Assembly: GCA_036785375.1 (NCBI GenBank)
Contig: JAWMAR010000005.1
Span: forward strand, 16,244,001-16,308,000
Reading direction: 5' to 3'
From: Leucoraja ocellata
Taxonomy: Eukaryota
Length of the DNA stretch: 64,000 nucleotides
In this document: in pieces, positions 13,358 to 26,535 of the stretch
Layout of the letters: each line of letters starts with the position of its first letter
Position numbering within the stretch: position 1 is the stretch's first letter
Position numbers and translations under genes: made by a program
The notes under the pieces: model-generated
Seen by the model: the letters and a program-made list of their open reading frames with translations, nothing else
Told to the model about the DNA's origin: nothing
Databases searched by the model: none

Positions 13358-13797
13358 TCCACTAGCTTCTCATTTTCACCCAACAAACTGCTAACAATGG
13401 TCTGTTTCTTTTATCATCGTTACATTTTTGCATATCTTTCAATAGACAATAGGTGCAGGAGTAGGCCATTCGGCCCTTTGAGCCAGCACCGGCATTCAAT
13501 GTGATCATGGCTGATCATCCACAATCAGTACCCCGTTCCTGCCTTCTCCCCATATCCCCTGACTCTGCTATCTTTAAGAGCCCTTTCTAGCCAGCAAATT
13601 ATCTGTAGTTTCATTCATTGTTCTTTATCTCTCTACTTCATCGTCTATATCTCTCGTTTACCCCTTTCCCTAACTAGTCTGAAGAAGTGTCTCGGCCCGA
13701 AACGTCGCCTGTTCCTCCTCTCCATAGATGCTGCCTCACCCGCTGAGTTACTCCAGCACTTTGAGTTTTTGGTATAAACCAGCATCAGCAGTTCTTT
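13358..13797 (+). mobile_element. Penelope 3' UTR/pLTR with a nested CR1 tail (13441-13590, minus strand)
   Basis: Reverse complement of about 6325-6595; hammerhead core at 13679-13706; CR1 tail aatagacaataggtgcaggagtaggcc inserted within. Confidence 0.8.
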
Positions 13798-13984
13798 TAT
13801 TCTAGATTTAAGATCTGTTTGGCCACAATGCAATATATCTACCATTTAGCCAATGAGGAGGATCTGAAATGTCATTACTTCATTGTTATGTTGCATGAAG
13901 TTAAGGTCGGCATTTTTTCCACAATATGATAAAGATTTGTTTAATTGGACGATTGTAATTGTGGATTGGACAACTAAAGATCGG

Positions 13985-14297
13985 GAAGATCATCTCTGAC
14001 CACTGGCCACAAACTCTTTGAAGCACTTCCCTCTGGGAGGCGACTCCGGACTGTCAAAGCTGCCACAGCCAGCCATAAAAACAGCTTCTTTCCACAAGCA
14101 GTAGCTCTACTCAACAGGCAAAAGTCTGTGGCCTCTCTTTACTCTGGTACTTTATCTTCACGTGTTAAATTATAATGTTTTATTTTTAATTGTCTGATGT
14201 ATATCGTGTTTTTACCATGTGCGAGCAAAGCACCAAGTCAAATTCCTTGTCCGTATACAGACTTGGCTAATAAATGTATTCTGACTTCTGAATTCTA
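13985..14297 (+). mobile_element. Rex1/Babar 3' end
   Basis: Encodes LPSGRRLRTVKAATA...NSFFPQAVALLN, then a 3' UTR ending taataaatgtattctgacttctgaattct. Confidence 0.75.
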
Positions 14298-14769
14298 AAC
14301 TAAATATAGATGCTTGACGAGAGTATTGTTATAGTGCTCGTAATACAGCATGATCTCTGATTACATATATGATCCTTATGGCTGTGGTGAATATATAATG
14401 TAATCCCTCTCTTTCTGTGGCTGATGCAAAATCCTCTATGAATTTTATCCTGGGATATGGAAAACCATTGATGTTTTACTTTCATTGAAATGAAGACATT
14501 GATATATACAGTTTGAAATGATCTGTGGAGCATTTCACTTGAGCAGATCTTTTGTCATGCCGAGCACGGTATGTACATACAGTCAATTGAGTTGCAAGCT
14601 TGTAGGATAATCACTATAAATGGCAATATGTAAATGTTACCTGTCTGCAGACAGCGTTGATATCAACTCAACATTCCCCTATTGTTCTGTTTAATTTTAA
14701 AAGTTCAGAATATATAATGCTCTCTCGAAACCTCATTGATCATCCAGGATGTCTGGATCCAGTGTTAAA

Positions 14770-15845
14770 GAGGGAACTGCAGATGCTGGAGAATCGTAGG
14801 TTACACAGAAAAGCTGGAGAAACTCAGCGGGTGCAGTAGCATCTATGGAGCGAAGGAAATAGGCAACGTTTCGGGCCGAAACCCTTCTTCAGATCCAGGA
14901 GCGGCTGCATGACATTCTCAAAGAGGAGGGTGTACAGCCAGAAATCGTTCTGCATAGAAACATAGAAAATAGGTGCAGGAGTAGGCCATTCGGCCCTTCG
15001 AGCCTGCACCGCCATTCAATATGATCATGGCTGATGGCATGTTTGCACAAATAGGTAGGAAAAGGGATAAGGTCCAGCAAATAATTTTATGGAGTTAGGC
15101 AAAAGGTTAAAAAGCAGAAGACAGACACATAAAGCTGGAGTAACTCAGCGAGACAGGCAGCATCTCTGGAGAGAAGGAATGGGTGACGTTTCAGGTCGAG
15201 ACCCTTCTTTAGACTGGTTAGGGAGAAGGGAGACGAGAGATATAGATGGTGATGTGAAGAGATAAAGAACAATGAATGAAAGATTTGCAAAAAAAGTAAC
15301 TATAATAAAGGAAACAGGCCATTGTCAGCTGTATGTGGTGTGAAAGCGAGAAGCTGGTGCGACTTTGGGGGGGGGGGGGGGGGGGGGGGGGAGGGATTGA
15401 GAGAGAGAAAATGCCAGGGCTACCTGAATGAGAGAAATCAATATTCATACCACTGGGCTGTAAGGTGCACAAGCGAAATATGAGATGCTGTTCCTCCAAT
15501 TTGTGTTTAGCCTCACTCTGACAATGGAGGAGACCTAGGACAGAAAGATTATTAAGGGTTTGGACACACTAGAGGCAGGAAACATGTTCCTGACATTGGG
15601 GGAGTCCAGAACCAGGGGCCACAGTTTAAGGGGCAAGCCATTTAGAACGGAGACAAGGAAACACTTTTTCTCAGAGAAAGTGGTGAGTCTGGAATTCTCT
15701 GCCTCAGTGGGCAATGAAGACCGGGTCTCTGGGTACTTTCAAGAGCGAGCTAGATAGGGCTCTTAAAGATAACAGAGTCAGGGTATATGGGGAGAAGGCA
15801 GGAACGGGGTACTGATTGGGGATGATCAGCCATGATCACATGATC
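14770..15845. mobile_element. Composite cluster: pLTR, CR1 ORF1 fragment with nested CR1 tail, Penelope 3' fragment (-), CR1 3' end (+)
   Basis: pLTR 14770-14893; ERLHDILKEEGVQPEIVLH..HVCTN esterase fragment split at gcat; 15121-15545 matches 6360-6770; 15546-15845 DTLEAGNMF..RTRGH. Confidence 0.75.
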
Positions 15846-16159
15846 TCTGTGGTTAATGGTTAATAATGGATTCAGTACAGAAGTAATAGTCGGGCAACAC
15901 AATGTGTGATAACTTCACTAATCCAAAGGTACCTTTTTCTGCAATATCATTTTGCACAACAGGTATCTTAAAATGTGCAAATATCCTGACACCAATGTGG
16001 ACAAGTGCTTCAAAATAATTTGTTTTTGGCTTTTCATGGCTTTCGGCCTTCAGGAATAAAATCCATTTGCAAGAGATGTCTCTCCTTGCAAGTGGCTCAG
16101 ATACTCAGATGTACAGTATACCGTTGCCCACATCAAATGGTTAAGTAAGAAAAACATGG

Positions 16160-16536
16160 CAGCTCTCAGCAGGTCGTCCACTTCCTCTGCCCTTTCTTTG
16201 TCGCACCTGACCATCAAGGCTGAGCAGGTGAGAAAAGAGCTGAGTAGAGTCTGCCCAGGCAAAGCCATGGGTCCCGGTGGTGTCAGCCCTAGGGTCCAAG
16301 GCAGTGCCAGCCAGTTGTGCGCACTACTCCAGCATATCTTCAACCTGAGCCTGAAGAGGGTTCCTGTAATGTGGAACACATCCTGCCTGGTTGCTGTACC
16401 AAGGAGGATGTGCCCCAGCTCCCCAATCTTTACACATCCCCAATCCTTTCCACTTGTCACTTTAACTTCATGTATCTTGCGTTTTATGACTGTTGGCAGA
16501 TCAATTTCCCTCCTGGGATAAATAAAGTTCTATCGT
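16160..16536 (+). mobile_element. Internally deleted Rex1/Babar fragment
   Basis: KAMGPGGVSPRV..ASQLC..LQHIFNLSL...VPVMWNTSCLVAVP joined to a 3' end gggataaataaagttctatc. Confidence 0.7.
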
Positions 16537-18889
16537 ATGGCATCAATGGTGTCGTTGAATGGGTGACTGAGCTGCTCAGCATGGCAGTGGCCCAGCTGTA
16601 CCTTGATGTTGAGGGTGCTTGCTTGTGAGTGAATGCACAGAAATGGTTCAATGGTGCTGAGCAAACGTAGAGAGGAATTATGTTCTTACATACAGTCCAG
16701 TAAAGTATTGCCATGCCTAAACACAATCCCGGATTTACAAAGTGTATAGAAATAGCCCACATACAAGAGGCACCAGGTTTCCAATGTCCGGTCTGCGCTC
16801 TAGGTCTGAGCGTTGCCCAATGCACGTGAGCTGCTGCGAACCTCCAGACGTCACCTACCTTAGACATGTGGATCGAACAGTGAACCAACATCCCTTGTGT
16901 GCCCCAGGGGTTGCTTACCACAGCTGACCTTGAGGGCAGCAAATTCCCATTGGCAGTGCTGCCTCGTCTTCACGATGCATCTTTGGCACTGGTGGTACCG
17001 ACTTTGGTGACCAATTAGTATCGGCAATGAAATTGGGAATTCACCTCAAAATATTGTGGGTGCAAGTCCTCCTTATTCTTGCTGACGATGCAATAATGGC
17101 CAGGCCTGTAGCTTAAATTAAGCTGTTTCCCAGTTATTTACCAAAGAAATTTAAATTCTAATGACAAAATCAAACAAAGAAGATTGGTGTAAAATGATAG
17201 CGAGATGCTGCGTCGATCTTATGTGTTAGTGGACATGGTAATTGAATAGTAATGCTTGGACTTCTCCAGGTTGAACAGCCATTAATTAAATCCAATACGT
17301 TGAGTGAATTCCTAGGTCAAGTACATTAATGAATTCAAAGTGTGCTGTTTAATTTCAGGGATTAGCGGCCTTTAATTAAGAACTAATATGAAGATACTGC
17401 TAAAATATAAACAGAAACGGGACAAGATTTGCATTGAGGAAGAGATTTACTCTTTGAGGTCAATGGCATTTCTTAAGAAATGACCTGATTTATTTCCAGC
17501 ATTTACATTAGTTAGAAAGATTAGGTGGCAAGATTCCTGTAGAAAAGAGAAACAAGTATGCCGTGGCTTCATTTGGATTGAAGAAAGAATAAGAACAAGA
17601 ATTGAAAGTAAGTGTAAAAGGATGCGAGTACATTCCTGATCCCGTGCCCCGACATGTAGTGCACCAGCATCCACTGTCTTGTTTCCACATGGTGCCTCTG
17701 TTTGCTCCTATATGCACCTGACTTTGTCTGAGATTATAAATTGAACCTGAAATAGTTCATACAGGTCTTGAGACTCATGATTCCTCATCTAAATCAAAGA
17801 CTTCATTCTGGTCTGTAAATCTCTTAATTTCTTTACTTTCCAAAAATCCATCCCTCTCGATTTTGAACTTGCACAATACACAATAGACAATGACAGAACT
17901 CTCCTCTCCAATCACAAATTATAAAGATTTAAAAACCTCAATGGCAAATGTTTCACTCCAAACGACTTGCCTGTTATTGAAAGACAACAACCTCTCTTTC
18001 CCCTGCTGGTGAACGCATCCTACATGCTTCTGAATTCCTTATTACTCTCAGCATCTTGCCTTTCAAGGAGATCACCTCTAATTGGTATAACACCAGTCAT
18101 ATAAACCCTATCAAATACGTCTCGTAATTGGCAATTCTTCTAATGTAATTGGTCTTTGTTACAAAATCTAAAGGTTAAATCTAGTGACTAATTCAGATCA
18201 TGATTCTACATTAGATTGCTACTTATTATTTTATTAATATATGATGAAATTACTTTGTCAGCTGCCTTTATTGTTGTGATATGAACATAGGGGACTGCCC
18301 CGACCCTCCTGCACAGCGCGTGGACTTGTTCACGAGTGCTGTAGTAGGTGTGAACATATCTGCTCATGTTCACCTAGTTAAAGAATTGACAAAACCATGT
18401 TTAATTAACGTGATATAAAACAGTAATAGAATTTGATAATATGAGAAACAAATTAAATAAAACAGACTGGAATGTGAAACAGTACAGATACAGAACTCAG
18501 CTAATCATGCGTCATCTGTGATGAATATTGCTGGTAGATATTGCAGTTTAGTTTAGTTACTTTAGAGTGAGAAGCTGTGTAACATGGTCATACTATTGTA
18601 ATAGGCAGGAGTTGCTCTGTTGTTAATCATGACAAAAGGTGTAAAGGATTAATTAATGTCAATGAAGTACTTTAAAATGTAATATTTTTACATTTTAATT
18701 CCACTTCATTGACATTAATTAATCCTTTGCATACTTTGTTCCATCAGAACAGTTTATGGTTAGATTATCTGGCTTCTCCACGATGAAACTGTTGCTGCCT
18801 GCAGCAGCATTTTGACAGTATATCGGTGATCAATTGTGGAATGATGTTTGTGCCAATGACAGTGACGGCAGCTGTTCAATACCTTACAG

Positions 18890-19037
18890 CATCAAGACCA
18901 AGAGCGACGGCGGCAGCTGAGAGAGAGAGCTCGTCAGTTAATCGCAGAAGCTCGATCTGGTGTAAAGATGTCCGATCTCACGTGTTACAATGAACCGTTT
19001 ACAGAGAGGTTGCGGGAAAGATCAAAGCCTATTGGAG
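18890..19037 (+). CDS. EHBP1: EHBP1 internal coding exon (phase 0 to 1)
   Basis: ttacag acceptor and G|gttagt donor; 148 nt; translates HQDQERRRQLRERARQLIAEARSGVKMSDLTCYNEPFTERLRERSKPIG, matching recalled human EHBP1 QQDEERRRQLRERARQLIAEARSGVKMSELPSY...KLKERSKASG. Confidence 0.96.
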
Positions 19038-19199
19038 GTTAGTAACATCCTATGTGCAACATCTCATCCAGTCACCAGTAATTTCATTTTATCATATCTC
19101 CCTGCCATCACATGAACTAAAGAAATGATATCTTGTCCCAATATTAGATGGGATGGTGTTCAAATCGGGGTAGGCAGCATTTTAATTTCTAAGGAGTTG

Positions 19200-20170
19200 T
19201 AAATAGAATGGAAGATTATGTAATCATCAGCATAAATGTTCCTTCTGAATGAAGCTGAAGATGCTTGGACCAGGACATTGCTCCCAGCAATTCCTCCAAT
19301 GTCCTTGGATCAAGAAGAATCATCTGTGGCACCACAACCAGCTTCCGCTGTGCAGTAAGTGACTTCACCCTTGATGCACATTGACTTCAGTGGTACTACA
19401 AGCCACAGTTAGTCAAATGCTGCTTGATGTCAAGGGCAGTCAATCTTGCTTCTCCGCAGCTTTGGAATTTATCTCTTTGGTGTCTGTTTGGGTGAAGGGT
19501 GGTGCGAGGACTGGGGCCAAAGGTAAGCTGAGCATCAGAAAGCAGGTTGCCACTGCGTGCCTCTGCCAACAACACCTTTGATGATTGTGCTCGTGATTGA
19601 GAGCAGACAGGTAGGGTGATCATGAACAAGTGGGATTTGTGGACAGGACATAGCTGAGCAATGTTCCATATTACATAGGGTGCAGGTACTTCAGTGGCAC
19701 AGCTCGGCTAAAGACATGACTTGTCCTGGAATGCATGTCTTTAGTACGGAAGCTGGGTTAGGATCTGATTCCACAGCTTTTGTTTTACCAAGTGCCTTTA
19801 ACTCTAGTTGATATGACATTGACTGAACACAGTGAGGATCTAGGAAAGAAGTGAAAAGGCTCAGTTGTGCACTATTTCCAACTAAGATAATGGCAAATAC
19901 TTCAATGTGGTCGTTGTAACGCGTACATGGCCACATCTACCATTGAATCTGAGGATGTTCACTGGAACCTCCTCTCATCTGTTGTAAGCTGCTAATTATT
20001 CCCCACTATTTATGGCCAGGTTACAGACAACAACATCAACAGATCGGATCCATTAGTGAAGGGATTCATCAGTACTGTCCTTTGCCTATTGTACTTTATG
20101 GTTGGCACACACATCCTCCTATACTGCTTGATGTGGTGTTCCTGGTGCTGCTTCTGGCATGCTCTCATCA
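19200..20170 (-). mobile_element. Old, highly degenerate CR1/L2-class LINE
   Basis: ORF 19396..19629 has NLLSDAQLTFG and EARLTALDIK, degraded forms of the Q.GFR and LDIK.AFD RT motifs. Confidence 0.55.
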
Positions 20171-20670
20171 CTTCCGAGTCTAAATCCTGACCCTAAGCAC
20201 ATCATCTCTCTATTCCCACTGAGTTCTTCCAGCATCTGTTTTGCTGAGGATTCCAGCATCTGCAGTCTCCTGTGTCACCAACTATCCCTTTGCCCTGTGT
20301 TGGGGGAAACTGCCACTTAAGATTTACTTACCTCTTTACTGCCAGCTGTTTGCTTGGCCACGTCCTTCAACATAAGCCTGCTTTGCTCAATTTTTCCAAA
20401 GGATACTTGGTTCCGCTATTTATATACGAGGGGAATTGTCCTATATTAAGCCCATGTCGTGTCAAATATCTCCGGCGTCTGACTGGAGGCAGCACATAAT
20501 CAAGGTCGCCAAATGGCCTGTATTCCAGTTAAGCGGAAGGTTGGCTACATCAGTACTTGGTTTAACTGAATAAGAAGATTGAAAGTAGTTGGGTGTTGCA
20601 ATCAAGTTTTGCTCTAATTATGTTTGTCAACATCTACTGGGGAGAATGATTGGGATGGGATGTGAATTTA

Positions 20671-23600
20671 GACAATAGACAATAGGTGCAGGAGCAGGCC
20701 ATTTGGTCCTTCGAGCCAGCACCGCCATTCAATGTGAACATGGCTGATCTTCCATAATCAGTACCTCGTTCCTGCCTTCTCCCCATATCCCCTGACTCCG
20801 CTATTTTTAAGAGCCCTATCTAGCTCTCTTGAAAGCATCCAGAGAACCTGCCTCCACCGCCCTCTGAGGCAGGGAGTTCCACAGACTCACCACTCTCTGT
20901 GAGAAAAAGTGTTTCCTCGTCTCCGTTCTAAATGGCTTACTCCTTATTCTAAAACTGTGGCCCCTGGTTCTGGACTCCCCCAACATCGGGAACATGTTTC
21001 CTGCCTCTAGTGTGTCCAAGCCCTTAACAATCTTATATGTTTCAATGAGATATCCTCTCATCCTTCTAAACTCCAGAGTGTACAAGCCCAGCTGCTCCAT
21101 TCTCTCAGCATATGACAGTCCCGCCATCCCGGGAATTAACCTTGTAAACCTACGCTGCACTCCCTCAATAGCAAGAATGTCCATCCCCAAATTAGGGGAG
21201 CAAAACTGCACACATTACTCCAGGTATGGTCTCACTAGGGCTCTGTACAATTGCAGAAGGACCTCTTTGCTCCTATATTCGATTTGACTTGTTATAAAGG
21301 CCAACATGCCAATCCCTTTCTTCACTGCCTGCTGTACCTGCATGCTTACTTTCATAGATGTACAAGGACCCCCAGATCCCGTTGTACTACTCTTTTTCCC
21401 AACTTGATGCCTTTTAGATAGTAATCTGCCTTCCTGTTTTTGCCACCGAAGTGGATAACCTCAAATTTATCCACATTAAACTTCATCTACCATGCATCTG
21501 CCCACTACCCCAAGCTGTCCAAGTCACCCTGCATTCTCATAGCATCCTCCTCACAGTTCACACTGCCACCCAGCTTTGTGTCATCTGTAAATTTGCTAAT
21601 GTTACTTTGAATCCCTTCATCCAAATCATTGATGTATATTGTAAATAGCTGCGGTCCCAGCACCAAGCCTTGCGGTACTCCACTAGTCACTGCCTGCCAT
21701 TCTGAAAGGGACCCGTTAATCCCTACTCTTAGTTTCCTGTCTGCCAACCACTTCTCTATCCATGTCAGCACTCTACCCCCAATACCATGTGCCCTAATTT
21801 TGCCCACTAATCTCCTATGTGGGACCTTATCAAATGCTTTCTGAAAGTCCAGGTACACTACATCTCTGGCTCTCCCTGGTCCTAGTACATCTTCAAAAAC
21901 ATCCAGAAGATTAGTCAAGCATGATTTCTCCTTTGTAAATCCATGCTGACTCGTTACTGCTATCCAAATGTGCGGCTATCTCATCATTTATAATTGACTC
22001 CAGCATCTTCCCTACCACCAATGTCAGGCTAACTGGTCTATAATTCCCCGTTTTCTCTCTCCCGCCTTTCTTAAAAAGTGGGATAACATTAGCTACCCTC
22101 CAATCCACAGGAACTGATCCTGAGCCTATAGAACATTGGAAAATTATTACCAATGCATCCACAATTTCTAGAGCCACTTCCTTAAGTACCCTGGGGTGCA
22201 GACCATCACGCCCTGGGGATTTATCAGCCTTCAGTCCCATCAGTCTATCCAACACCATTTCCTGCCTAATGTGGATTTCCTTCAGTTCCTCCTTAGTGAA
22301 GACAGATCCAAAGTACCTGTTCAACTCATCTCCCATTTCCTTGTTCCCCATAATAAATTCACCTTTTTCAGTCTTCAAGGGTCCAAATTTTTTCCTCTTC
22401 AGTTTTTACTATCCTCCTTTATATTCTTGGCTAGCTTACCTTCGTACCTCATCTTTTCTTCCCGTATTGTCTTTTTGGTTATCTTATTTAAACATTACAC
22501 AATCCTCTTGCTTCCCGCTCATCTTCACTATGTTGTACTTCTTCGCTTTAATTTTTATACTGTCCCTGACTTCCCTTGTCAACCACGGTCGCCCCTTTCT
22601 CCCCTTGGAATCTTTCTTCCTCTTAGGAATGAACTGATCCTGCACCTTCTGTATTATTCCTAGAAACACCTGTCATTTTTGTTCCACTGTCATCCCTGCT
22701 AGTGTATCTTTCCAGTCAACTTTGGCCAGCTCCTCCCTCATGGCCCCATAGTCCCCTTTATTCAACTGTAACACTGACACCTCCGATCTACTCTTCTCCC
22801 TCTCCAATTGTAGATTAAACCTTGACCATATTATGGTCACTGCCTCCTAATGGCTCATTAACCTCGAGGTCCTTTATCAAATCTGGTTCATTACATAACA
22901 CTAAATCCAGAATTGCCTGATCCCTGGTAGACTCCAATACAAGCTGTTCTAAGAATCCATCACAAAGGCACTCTACAAAGTCCCTTTCTTGGGGTCCAGT
23001 ACCAACCTGGTTTTCCCAGTCTACCTGCATGTTGAAATCTCCCATAACAACCACAGCATTACTTTTACTACATGTCAATTTTAACTCCTGATTCAACTTG
23101 TGCCCTATGTAAGGCTACTGTTTGTGGGCCTGTAGATTAATCCCATTAAGGTATTTTTACCCGTACAATTCCTTAGTTCTAGCCATATTGACTCCACATC
23201 TCCTGTTTCAATGTCACCCCTTGCAAGGGACTGAATTTCATTCCTCATCAACAGGGCAACCCCACCCCCTCTGCCCACCTGTCTGTCTTTTTGATAGGAG
23301 GTATATCCTTGAATATTCAGTTCCCAGCCCTGGCCCTCTTGCAGCCATGTCACAGTAATTCCCACAACATCATACTTTCCAGTTTCTAACTGAGCCTCAA
23401 GCTCGTCCACTTTATTCCTTATACTTCGCGCATTCATATACAACACTTTGACCTGCGTATTCACTTCCTCCCCTCGCAATTGTCCCTGACCGTACTCTGT
23501 TGTCCATTCTCGAACTTTCCTTCCCATTAATTCGAGAATCTTTTGTAATTTTTCCTGTAGCCACTTCCCCTTCAACTCCATCTTTATACTCCCAATTTGT

Positions 23601-24810
23601 CAATCCCTCCCCCCCACTATTTAGTTTAAATCCACACGTGTAGCCCTAGCAAACCTGCCTGCCAGAATGTCGGTCCCCCTCCAGTTAAGGTGTAACCCAT
23701 CCCTTTTGTACAGGTCACCCCTACCCCAGAAGAGATCCCAGTGGTCTATAAATCTAAATCCTTGCTCCCTACACCCGCCCCTCAGCCACACATTCAGACC
23801 CCCTATCTCCCTGTTCCTGTCCTCACCAGCACGAGGTACTGGAAGCAATCCAGAGATAACCACCCTAGAAGTCCGGCATTTCAGTCTTCTTCCCAACTCT
23901 CTGAACTCATGTTGAAGAACCTCCTTCCTCTTCTTCCCGATGTCGTTTGTGCCTACGTGCACAACTACTGCCGGCTGTTCACCTTCTCTCTCTCAAATGT
24001 TCAGAAATCGGCTCGTGACATCCTGGACCCTGGCACCAGGGAGGCAACAGACCATCCTCGCGTCTCGTCTGCCGCCACAGTCTCCTGTCTGCTCCTCGGA
24101 CAATGGAGTCACCCACCACTAGGGCTCTGCCCGACGTCCGTCTCGCCGGTCGAGTTCCATCTCTAGGATTGGAGCCACCGACGTGTCTGCCGCCCGGACT
24201 GGAAACATCGTCTCCCAAGAGGGCGTACCTGTTTTAATTAGGCACAGCCACCTGAGTCTTCTGCACTCCACGATTTCCATCCTTTTTCTCTGTCACACAC
24301 CTTGGTTCTTCCCTTATCCTCGGCATGACAACCTCAACCTCAACATGGTCCTTTAGCAGCTGAAGCTGAACGCACGTGCCACAGTTGTAGCAGCCAGAGG
24401 CTCCATCCGTGTCCCTGGGCTCCCACATTCTGCAAGCCTCACATTGTCTCATCTGCCCTGACGTGTTCACCGCGTTCCGTCCTCTCGAGCTTTATGCGTA
24501 GCCTCCTCGCCGAAGAATCTCAAGCCAAAGACTCACACTTTACTCACAAGGCCGCTCCCTAAGAGCCGTCTTGCTTATATTGACTGATAAATTGCCTAAT
24601 TTACCAATTTACCAATTTACAAACCAAATTCCTCAGTTTTCAACTGTTTTCCCCCTCTGACTCACTTCTAACTCTCCTCCCACTCGGGCTAGAGCCAATC
24701 AGTCCTTTTTCCTGCTTCTCTTTGTTGCTGTTTCTTCAAAATCCACCGGAGTTCTGAGTTAAGCCTGCCGGTGCTTTGCCTCTACTTTTCAACTGTTTTC
24801 CCCCTCTTTA
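20671..24810 (-). mobile_element. Near full-length CR1 LINE: 5' UTR, ORF1 (Cys-rich finger and SGNH esterase), ORF2 (APE endonuclease and RT), 3' tail; frameshifted with internal deletions
   Basis: CEAC...CGTC (24234..24470); VGDSIVR, HVGTNDI and DGLHLN esterase blocks; YMNARSIRNK, GRGGGV, MGDFN, LDLVLCN and GSDHN endonuclease motifs; RT motifs through FFSQRVVSLWNSLP. Confidence 0.95.
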
Positions 24811-24974
24811 GAATTTAGAAACACAACATTGGCCACACTGATCATAGTAGCCCTTCCTGCATTTTTCAAAACAACATATATACTCAACATTAACTAATTT
24901 TATTTTTGATGCCACATCCACATACACCATAATCCATATTTTACAGATAGAAGAGCTCAGCTGTTCCCACTATT

Positions 24975-25700
24975 CTGCTTTGCTTCCTTCTTGTGCAGCG
25001 TGGTAATACTGGCAATGTTTCAATCAACTAGGACCTCTCCTGTCTCTAGTGATTCCTGAAATATCACTATTAATGCCCCCACAATCTCTAAAGCCACCTC
25101 TTTCGGAACCATAGGGTGCAGTCCATCTGGCCCAGGTGACATCCACCTTCAGCCCTTTCAGCTTCCCAAACACCTTCTCCCTAGTAACACCCACTCCAAT
25201 AACTTCCATTCACTGACTCTTGAATTACAAGCACGTTGCTGGTGTCTTCCCCTGTGAAGGCTGATGCTAAACAGTTATTCAACTCCTCTGCCATTTCATT
25301 ATTCCCCATTATCACTTTTTCTGCATCATTCTCCAGCGGCCCAACGTCCACTCTTGCCTCTTTATATAACTGAAGACTCCAGCATTGGGGCAAGTTGACT
25401 ACTTTGTACTCAAATCCTCATGCAGTAAAGGCCTCCATGTGAGCTGTCAATGATTCATGTGCCAAGACATGTCTCTGAGCAGCAACACCTTCCAAACTCT
25501 CGCCATCTAATAACAATTCTCTGCTTCTCTATTTTACAATGTAAATAACCTGCTATTATCTTCTCATTATATTCCACCTTGCATATCCTCTCCCATTGGC
25601 AAAACCTTCTCTAATTCCCTGAAGACTTTCTCTGCATCCTTCTCACATCCACCCACCTTTGTATCACCAGCAAACATGGACATATTATAGACACACAAGG
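24975..25700 (-). mobile_element. Degenerate CR1 ORF2 fragments
   Basis: VDVGPLENDAE..MGNNEMAEELNN and KVFGKLKGLKVD motifs. Confidence 0.75.
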
Positions 25701-25784
25701 AATTTCCATTCCCTTCTCCAACATTTATTTTAAATTATTTGTGCTCCTTACTCACACTTTGCCTATAATTCTCCATCCCTGATA

Positions 25785-26535
25785 TCAGAATCAGAATCAC
25801 ACTTTATTCGCCAAGTATGTTTTGCAACATACGAGGAATTTCATTGTCCAGGTCAGTCATACAAATAAAAGCAACAGATCACTCAAAAACACATTTTAAC
25901 ATGAACATCCACCATAGCGACTCCTACACATTCCTCACTGTGATGGAAGGTGAAATAAAGTTCAAGTCCTTCCTTTTGCTCCTCCGCGGTCGGGGGCTAC
26001 GAGCCCTCCGTTGACGGGATGATCTTGACTCCCGTAGCCGGCGTGTTCGTGCCCTCCGCATCGAGGCAATCTGCTCCCGCATCGGGGGGGGTGTCAGCTC
26101 CCCCGCGCCAGGTGTTCGAACCTCGCGTCGGAGCTGGTCGAACCTCCCGCGACGTTGGAGCTCCCGATTAGCCTCTCCCGAGACTGCGAGCCCTTGATGG
26201 TGATTCTGCGGTGGTCGCGATCCCAGGCAAGGTATCCGCTCCGATGTTAAGTCCGCGCCCCACAGTGAGGCTCACGACAGCCGAGGAGGCTTCCAGCTCC
26301 AGTGATGGTAGGCCGCAGAGCGCCCGGAGTATGTGATCCGAAAAGTAATCACACCTCCGGGAAGGTAAGAACTTGAAAAAAAAAGTTTTCCCCGATCCCC
26401 TCCCCCCACATAAAACATACCGAAGAACGTTAAAACAAACTCTTAACGCACTCAAAAATAACAAAAAGGAAGAAAAAACGAACAGATTGCCGGTAGGGTT
26501 GCCATCTCCCCAGCACCCCAGAGGGCGCAGCAATG
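25785..26535 (-). mobile_element. Non-coding GC-rich non-autonomous retroposon with (ATTCTG)n tail
   Basis: Plus strand begins cagaatcagaatcacactttatt (minus strand AATAAA and repeat tail); CpG-rich body; shares acatccaccatag/cctcactgtgatggaagg block with 41645-42028. Confidence 0.6.

Noticed and set aside
15367-15391. Pure poly-G run (also 9229-9255) as a functional G-quadruplex
   Set aside because: Both lie inside TEs at natural short G runs; homopolymer length is unreliable in assemblies.
1-18889. Preceding EHBP1 exon (expected ...RQEELKERARVLLEQARRDA...)
   Set aside because: No matching translation seen; presumably upstream of the window.
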